A stretch of 64,000 nucleotides of DNA, from the IMG/VR virus record IMGVR_UViG_3300028549_001428. The stretch is one strand, 5' to 3'. Made by a program: the position numbers and the translations under genes. The notes beneath the pieces were generated by a model. It was not told the DNA's origin, searched no databases, and saw only the letters and a list, made by a program, of their open reading frames with translations. The DNA is from a virus (lineage: Duplodnaviria; Heunggongvirae; Uroviricota; Caudoviricetes). Shown one piece after another: positions 59,101 to 64,000 of this stretch (positions within the stretch are counted from its first letter, which is position 1; each line of letters starts with the position of its first letter).

Positions 59101-60015
59101 ACGTAGTTCACTAACAAAGTCATCATATAACTCTTCGGCTGGTGTATAATATGATTTGAATACTTCTTTAATTGATAAATTAAATGGTGTTATATCATTT
59201 GCTGTTAAATTATCCATCCCACCATCTGCAATTTTTCGATTTATAAAATCAGGTGCAAGTGCTCTACTAAAGTAAAAATTATAAAATGGATAAATTTGCG
59301 TGTAATTTTTATCACGTCCATTTTCATCTTCTTCAGCATTATATTCTTTAACTACTACCTCAACACCATTTTCCATTAGTCGTTCTGTTAATTGATTTAA
59401 CGAACTATAGAATTTTTTTCTGGTTAGACACCCACGATATTTAGTATCAGATACGTCTAGATCGGTTTTTAACGCAACGAAATCACCATTAGGATAATTG
59501 AACCCATTACTAATATTCAATTTATTGTTTGAGAATAACCCTAAAGCAGCAAATACACCCTTTTCAATAATAGGCTCTGTATTATTAGCGAATCGTAAAT
59601 GTCTTGGTATTATACCAGCATACACATTATCGTACAAATTTAAAACTGATGGATTTTGATTTTGAGTAAAGTCGATTAGTTCATTTTCTACTACATTTTC
59701 ACCTATAAGTCTATAATAGACTACTTTATTACCAGATTCATCCAGCGTATACTCACCATTATCATCTTTTGGGTTATAGGAAAATACCCCAGAGGTAATT
59801 GTATCTGTTGATGGTGGTGTTGATGCATATGTGTATATATAGTTGATGTTCTCATCAACTATTTCAGATAATTCAACCTCAGAAATCTCATTATTTTCAT
59901 CTTTTTCTAATATAGAGGCATCTGTTTTAACCTCAAGATCACTTAAATTAATCTTGACATCATTTTTTATCTTCTTTCCTTTGGGGAAATCATAGTAATC
60001 AAAATCTATATTCAC
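56137..60015 (-). CDS. Large late protein with a degenerate M15 peptidase-like domain
   Basis: 1292 aa; IETTRSFDDQEKL..SWHNYGLAVKI; GTG start. Confidence 0.6.
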   Translation of the reverse strand: MNIDFDYYDFPKGKKIKNDVKINLSDLEVKTDASILEKDENNEISEVELSEIVDENINYIYTYASTPPSTDTITSGVFSYNPKDDNGEYTLDESGNKVVYYRLIGENVVENELIDFTQNQNPSVLNLYDNVYAGIIPRHLRFANNTEPIIEKGVFAALGLFSNNKLNISNGFNYPNGDFVALKTDLDVSDTKYRGCLTRKKFYSSLNQLTERLMENGVEVVVKEYNAEEDENGRDKNYTQIYPFYNFYFSRALAPDFINRKIADGGMDNLTANDITPFNLSIKEVFKSYYTPAEELYDDFVSELRELFKAINSSMLVNSFVDDEDLGLIKKPIVPTDNSYDAITMQFDGSAESVVDNTPYVYKGITYTKTLWSYYEDNGVNQAMTKDDRKIHQMEYILPDEVNINEIIDTLPKIKKQINRVSAIVATSFISMGVGAALMALSLESISNSKDSLKALNAIIKRIRWYQHYTNESVFPSRQFVRDGDDDTDPMGPVLDSAFTYDKRLCRLLIPVYMGTKRKKVRRKNIFGRKRTVYVRVDLGVRWVEVNFVDTNTYEKYRKNDKPLGKNNDVNIAFSSLTANGNAVNVTLSKAIPVNIMNTKPFPETVSFTISNCDNANGNGSFSGTIQDSTHIAFTVDTASFAAYTTTTGNLDTIILPFDNSKEPDEPRNITIKYAMPHLPYDGELRKKVFSEFGPFDQGQYANKNRNGDYTLDYGGNIVLNDDIVGWEIFHKSSKSISDLRGGIDIYNKVQFLMQILNNQFGKNRVHLIETTRSFDDQEKLQLGGSVSSFLSWHNYGLAVKIRITEADLVTPILDGSADMKKLLNIAEAFVEGCRLGDYGTSMNVVWCGQLVTGPDIFVWEFLPIGVNHKDALKFRDSAYLQYDPVVANSYVNVTEMGYIATTDTYLTSNDPYILKGNNSLTNGININNEIWVDPNKITNFNIPNNLILKDVKEFLMLVQSKMNANGTDLMGRKLVSEWKASNPKSFNQLVVFNSLIGNYSASRGLLSGDYIDRYSNIVSRYYKTDPIKFVKSYLGDFYYDIKISIDDFSDGSYITLYDGKLTTFILDARSTHREGNGNTFGQKQIDFNSVQFGQYQDGKFVSENDADIITIKTDIAVIDGYDDNGNPQSSDARIMHALIADQLYEEYKKILDNFNNLKIKFLYDSFYNSPNFKQYDLLENEFGVINTQDLLTFPQLRDMYARIDINNKKTDPDGTVKGAGANIEDVEPDSKTSLSESVFEKLVSTSQQVGARKALLTKEKPTIEAIQVSNKIEKTIELLKKNRMPKASDIL

Positions 60016-60035
60016 ATCAAATCCATTATTTTCTA

Positions 60036-60044
60036 TAGTTTATA
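60036..60044 (-). promoter_or_regulatory. Late promoter TATAAACTA
   Basis: Motif upstream of 60015. Confidence 0.7.
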
Positions 60045-60047
60045 CTA

Positions 60048-60569
60048 TTATTCACCTGAATTTCCGTCCCACCTAGCTTGATTTAGGGTATAATTGGATT
60101 CTTCAGAGTTATCGAATTGATATAATATCTCATCATTCAGCGGCATCATGCATTTACTTCTCTCATTACTCTTTTTCCAGCTTTGTCTAAATGCGTTTGT
60201 TACTATCATACCTATGTAATAATATGGATCGTTATTTTGTGATGTTTCCAGTGATTTTACACTATCATAATTATGTACATATCTAAGTACATGCTCAGTG
60301 GCTTTTCCTTTCATATCTTCTTTCCAATCATCTGTGTAACTTCGCCATCTGAAATTACCTAGAGTTTTATCTATTATCAACAATGCAATTTGAGCTAACT
60401 CTCTCGGCATTGGAAATGTAATATCTAGACTTCTCTTAAATTTGTATGCCATTATCAAATCAGATAAATATTCTTTATCGATTCGCCCATTCTTCATCGC
60501 ATTAAAACGTTGAAGTGGTGTCATTACCGATTGTTCTGCTTCTATTTCAGATTTCTTGCGTCTTGCCAT
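60048..60569 (-). CDS. gp55: Late-transcription sigma factor, T4 gp55-like
   Basis: MPRELAQIALLI..NFRWRSYTDDWKEDM..VLRYVHNYD..NDPYYYIGMIVTNAFRQSWKK; near gp46. Confidence 0.85.
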   Translation of the reverse strand: MARRKKSEIEAEQSVMTPLQRFNAMKNGRIDKEYLSDLIMAYKFKRSLDITFPMPRELAQIALLIIDKTLGNFRWRSYTDDWKEDMKGKATEHVLRYVHNYDSVKSLETSQNNDPYYYIGMIVTNAFRQSWKKSNERSKCMMPLNDEILYQFDNSEESNYTLNQARWDGNSGE

Positions 60570-61219
60570 TTTTTACCCATATTGACTAGATGCACCGTAA
60601 AATTTTCTAAATACTCTTTTAATGTGATTCCTGAGAAATCTGACATATATAGAATACAGTATTTACGATCAGACCCTAAACAATCTTCTAGTCGGCTATA
60701 ACAATTAAAAATATATTTCAATTCTTTGTCCAAAACAACATTATTTAATGAATTTGAAATAATTTCTTTATATTTATTGATTAACCATAGTTTCCCTGCT
60801 ATATGGAAGATTGACATACCATTACCAAAACTTCGGTATACGGTTGATTCTTTAACATCTGGGGTGTCACATAATATAATATTATCAATCACTGATATAT
60901 ATTCAGCATAAAATGTAGAGGCTGCATCATCTATAAATAACATTTGGTGGATAATGTCAATCCAATCAATAACGATTCTATTAAATAATGTAAAAAATGA
61001 AATCGGTAAGTCGCATATAGCTTTATTTTTGTTATTAATTTCATCATTTATAAGATCATATAATAACGATGAATTTTCTCTATCCATTTTAAATGAATTT
61101 ATGTAATCTAATATAATTGGATTATCTGTATTTAAAGGGTCAAATTTAACCACTTGTCTATGCAGTGATGTATAACGATATCCTGTATTACTTGAATAAT
61201 CATAGATAAAGTCATTCAT
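60542..61219 (-). CDS. Hypothetical protein (start revised to ATG 61219)
   Basis: Overlaps the pentapeptide gene stop and the gp55 start. Confidence 0.6.
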   Translation of the reverse strand: MNDFIYDYSSNTGYRYTSLHRQVVKFDPLNTDNPIILDYINSFKMDRENSSLLYDLINDEINNKNKAICDLPISFFTLFNRIVIDWIDIIHQMLFIDDAASTFYAEYISVIDNIILCDTPDVKESTVYRSFGNGMSIFHIAGKLWLINKYKEIISNSLNNVVLDKELKYIFNCYSRLEDCLGSDRKYCILYMSDFSGITLKEYLENFTVHLVNMGKKWQDARNLK

Positions 61220-62123
61220 CTTCTTTCTCCCATTCAACAACAGATGGACTATACAACGCATGATTCATTTCAAAAATAGATCCGTGATGTGGGTCGATAA
61301 CACACATTGAATTTGTGGTACATGTTATTGAGAATGAATTAAAATCACATAAATGTAAATTACATCTAATTAATATGCAATCAACCATGCTTGATCGTCT
61401 GAAATCACTATTTCTTATATCAATATTGGTAAAAACGCACTGGATTAAGTCATTATCTTTAAAATCCGTCTTTGATAATAACGAATCTATAAATGATGTG
61501 TATAGAACTTTTGATTGGATTAAACTCGTGTTGGACATAGAACACGCCACATACATACAATCACATATATTGACATAATCATTAATTGAATGTTCTAAAT
61601 TGGATTCATAGAATCTAGTTCGAGCAATTGCACTTGATGTGAAATCACATTTGGTTAATGTGCATGAATTAAATATACATGAATTTATAACCGAATATGT
61701 TAAATTACAGTCAGTAAATACACAATTATAAAAAACACATCCACAGAAATAACTATTGCTTAAATCAGAACCCGTAAAATCACAACCTACTATTATTTTA
61801 CCAGTTAATGCAATGGCTTCTACCAGTAATTTATTATCATTTACTCGGATTCTATATTTATCTAATTTATTTGGTTTGTATATAATTGAAGTAGCTTTTG
61901 CATCTACTAATTGATCTAATTCAGCATTTATATCAGTATCTAACTGATCAGAAAATATTAGATTCTTATCTACATTTAGCTTTATTCGTTCACCAACATG
62001 TCTTAATTCAGTTGAATGCGTTAATGATTCCAGTTCATGTACAGAATAACCAAATGTATTAGCTACCTTTATGTTCCAGTTATCTGCTGTTAAATTTACT
62101 AGGTCATTAAAATATATATTCAT
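61212..62123 (-). CDS. Pentapeptide-repeat protein
   Basis: CDFTG SDLSN SYFCG CVFYN CVFTD CNLTY... about 25 five-residue units. Confidence 0.9.
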   Translation of the reverse strand: MNIYFNDLVNLTADNWNIKVANTFGYSVHELESLTHSTELRHVGERIKLNVDKNLIFSDQLDTDINAELDQLVDAKATSIIYKPNKLDKYRIRVNDNKLLVEAIALTGKIIVGCDFTGSDLSNSYFCGCVFYNCVFTDCNLTYSVINSCIFNSCTLTKCDFTSSAIARTRFYESNLEHSINDYVNICDCMYVACSMSNTSLIQSKVLYTSFIDSLLSKTDFKDNDLIQCVFTNIDIRNSDFRRSSMVDCILIRCNLHLCDFNSFSITCTTNSMCVIDPHHGSIFEMNHALYSPSVVEWEKEDE

Positions 62124-62186
62124 ATCTTTTATTATAATGGATATATAATAAAAGATATTTTTAATTTACTATAAAATAGCAATTAT

Positions 62187-64000
62187 TTAGTATTTAGTTC
62201 TAGTTGGAGCAAGTGACACTTCTCTCAAGGATGAATATCTACCATCATGACTGACTTCAATTTTGTTGTCAAAGCATTCTGTAATATCAGTTCCACGGTG
62301 AGTTATCAAGTATATACTACCAATTTCTTCTATTTTATTCTTTAATAACATTACCATGTCTCTAAGTGCTTCTGCATCAGTAGATATATCCAAAACTTCA
62401 TCTAAGAATAGGATATTGATCTTGAAATCAGCAATTCTAGTAACGAAATCTCTAAATGCCATAGCAATAGCAAAATTAATCTTACGCTTCTGACCTTCAG
62501 ACAACCCATTATACACTTCAGCTAATCCATAACGACTAGTAAAGGTGTATTGCATGGTTTCATCGAATTCCACAACATAAGGCAAATCAAATATCTTCAT
62601 ATTATCCATAATTGCTCTATTCAAGTTAGGAACGAAAATATTTAATACTATTTTCTTCATTCCCTTATCGGAACACATGGAATCTATATATTTGGTTATC
62701 TCTATTTCATCGGAATATTTAACTACTCTTTCCTTTGCTGTATTAAGATCCTTTTCAATATTTTGTAATTTTTTAATTGTTGAATTTAATGAATCTTCTA
62801 TATTAGAATTAACACTTTTTTCAGCAATAATAGCCTTTTTTGATGCAATTGTTGATGTAATTGTAGTAACATTTGTATCTGCATTTAATTTTATCTGTTT
62901 CTGCGTTGCTGCTTTCACTCGTAAATCATTTAATTCAGCTTCTAATATCTTCTTTTGTGCTAATTTAGCATTTAACTCATCTACCTTTTTAGTAGCTTCG
63001 ATTACACTACCAACACCAGCCGTATCAATAAGATTTTTCTTATTATTGATAGAGCGTTCCATTGCATCTATTGATGTAATTAGTGGGTTATATGTATTAC
63101 GTTCATAATTACTATAATCTTCATAAAAACCTGCATATTCAGCTAACTTCAATTTAATATCAACCAATTGAGCTTCATAGGTATCTACTAATTTAGTTAA
63201 TTCAACACACTGAATATTTATTGCATCATTCGTCTTTTTTAATGCTTTATATTCTTCTCTATATGACTTCTTTATTGTTTCGATATCATTTTCAGTAGAT
63301 GGCTTTCCGCATGTATGGCATGGTATACCAGCAACTAAAGCATTTGCTTTTGCTGTAATTCCTTCCAAGGTTGTGGTGTTAATAGCCATTGTGGTTTGAT
63401 ATGAAGACACCTTTTTATCACCGTCTTTTATCAATGCATTTAATTCAGTTGATTTTGAATTTAATGTTTTTACATCAATCGAATCAACTAGTTTCTTTTT
63501 TGCATCTAACGTATTTTTTATTGTTGGTGCATTATCTAAAAGGATAACTAATTGAGCTTCCTCTGTTTTTATCAAAGGAAACACAGAAATTACATTGTTA
63601 TATTTAACCAATTCAGAATCAACATTAGACAATAAATCATATTGCGTCTTAATTTCTTTACCAGAATTTAAAACCGTATTGTACTCAAGTGTTGTGTTAT
63701 ATGCGGTTTTTGTTGCTTCTACTAATGATACTTCCAACGTTTCGACTTCTTCTTTAAGTTCTAATATGTTATTAGCACGTTCAGCTTCCATCTGTGATAT
63801 TATAGTAGATAATTCAACTCTATCTTTATCATACTTAACTACATCGCTTGTGGCAGAATCAAATTTAGTCATAGCATCTTTATACGCTATCTTATTTAAA
63901 TCCTTCCATTTATCAATACACAATACTAATACGGATTCCATCAACTCACGTTTGTCTTTAGGTTCCATATCAATGAATGGAACTGTGCTGATAGTATTTA
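62187..64000 (-). CDS. gp46: Recombination nuclease ATPase subunit, T4 gp46/SbcC/Rad50-like; 5' part outside window
   Basis: Coiled coil with zinc hook CHTCG; LSEGQKRKINFAI, LFLDEVLD, YLITH; frame open to the window edge. Confidence 0.92.
   Translation of the reverse strand, partial: NTISTVPFIDMEPKDKRELMESVLVLCIDKWKDLNKIAYKDAMTKFDSATSDVVKYDKDRVELSTIISQMEAERANNILELKEEVETLEVSLVEATKTAYNTTLEYNTVLNSGKEIKTQYDLLSNVDSELVKYNNVISVFPLIKTEEAQLVILLDNAPTIKNTLDAKKKLVDSIDVKTLNSKSTELNALIKDGDKKVSSYQTTMAINTTTLEGITAKANALVAGIPCHTCGKPSTENDIETIKKSYREEYKALKKTNDAINIQCVELTKLVDTYEAQLVDIKLKLAEYAGFYEDYSNYERNTYNPLITSIDAMERSINNKKNLIDTAGVGSVIEATKKVDELNAKLAQKKILEAELNDLRVKAATQKQIKLNADTNVTTITSTIASKKAIIAEKSVNSNIEDSLNSTIKKLQNIEKDLNTAKERVVKYSDEIEITKYIDSMCSDKGMKKIVLNIFVPNLNRAIMDNMKIFDLPYVVEFDETMQYTFTSRYGLAEVYNGLSEGQKRKINFAIAMAFRDFVTRIADFKINILFLDEVLDISTDAEALRDMVMLLKNKIEEIGSIYLITHRGTDITECFDNKIEVSHDGRYSSLREVSLAPTRTKY

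Noticed and set aside
1122-63108. Many 60-190 aa ORFs antisense to or nested in long genes (e.g. 11355-11684, 30872-31303, 58127-58516, 62677-63108)
   Set aside because: Shadow frames of real genes; no SD, promoter or recognisable motifs
1-64000. Stop-codon reassignment or a diversity-generating retroelement
   Set aside because: Conserved genes are full length in the standard code, no suppressor tRNA was seen, and no reverse transcriptase or template/variable repeat pair was noticed

Overview
AT-rich (~30% GC, by eye) segment of a large T4-superfamily myophage genome, read in the standard genetic code. It carries tail-fibre and baseplate genes (gp6- and gp7-like), neck and tail-terminator genes (gp13/14/15-like), and the head cluster gp20-gp67-like-gp21-gp22-gp23. 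Also present are lysin-like proteins, a GT2-TPR glycosyltransferase, a solo TnpB, a DnaQ-type exonuclease, the late sigma factor gp55, a pentapeptide-repeat protein and gp46. A variant late promoter, TATAAAC(TA), precedes about 21 genes. The most striking part is 48.0-52.3 kb, where two tRNA operons each sit behind the same cassette: sigma70-type promoter, leaderless short ORF, antiterminator/terminator pair. The leader codons match the anticodons of the downstream tRNAs. A 5xCAA+1xCAG leader precedes three tRNA-Gln genes (TTG, TTG, CTG), and a Tyr/Lys/Ile/Met/Phe-rich leader precedes tRNA-Tyr, -CAT, -Lys and -Phe. This looks like ribosome-sensed attenuation that switches on phage tRNAs only when the cognate host tRNAs fail. 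The same region holds a D-armless tRNA-Tyr, a tRNA-like RNA with a non-decoding loop, a ~189-nt 6S-like RNA and three late-gated endonucleases. All calls come from motif recognition and manual folding; no database searches were run.
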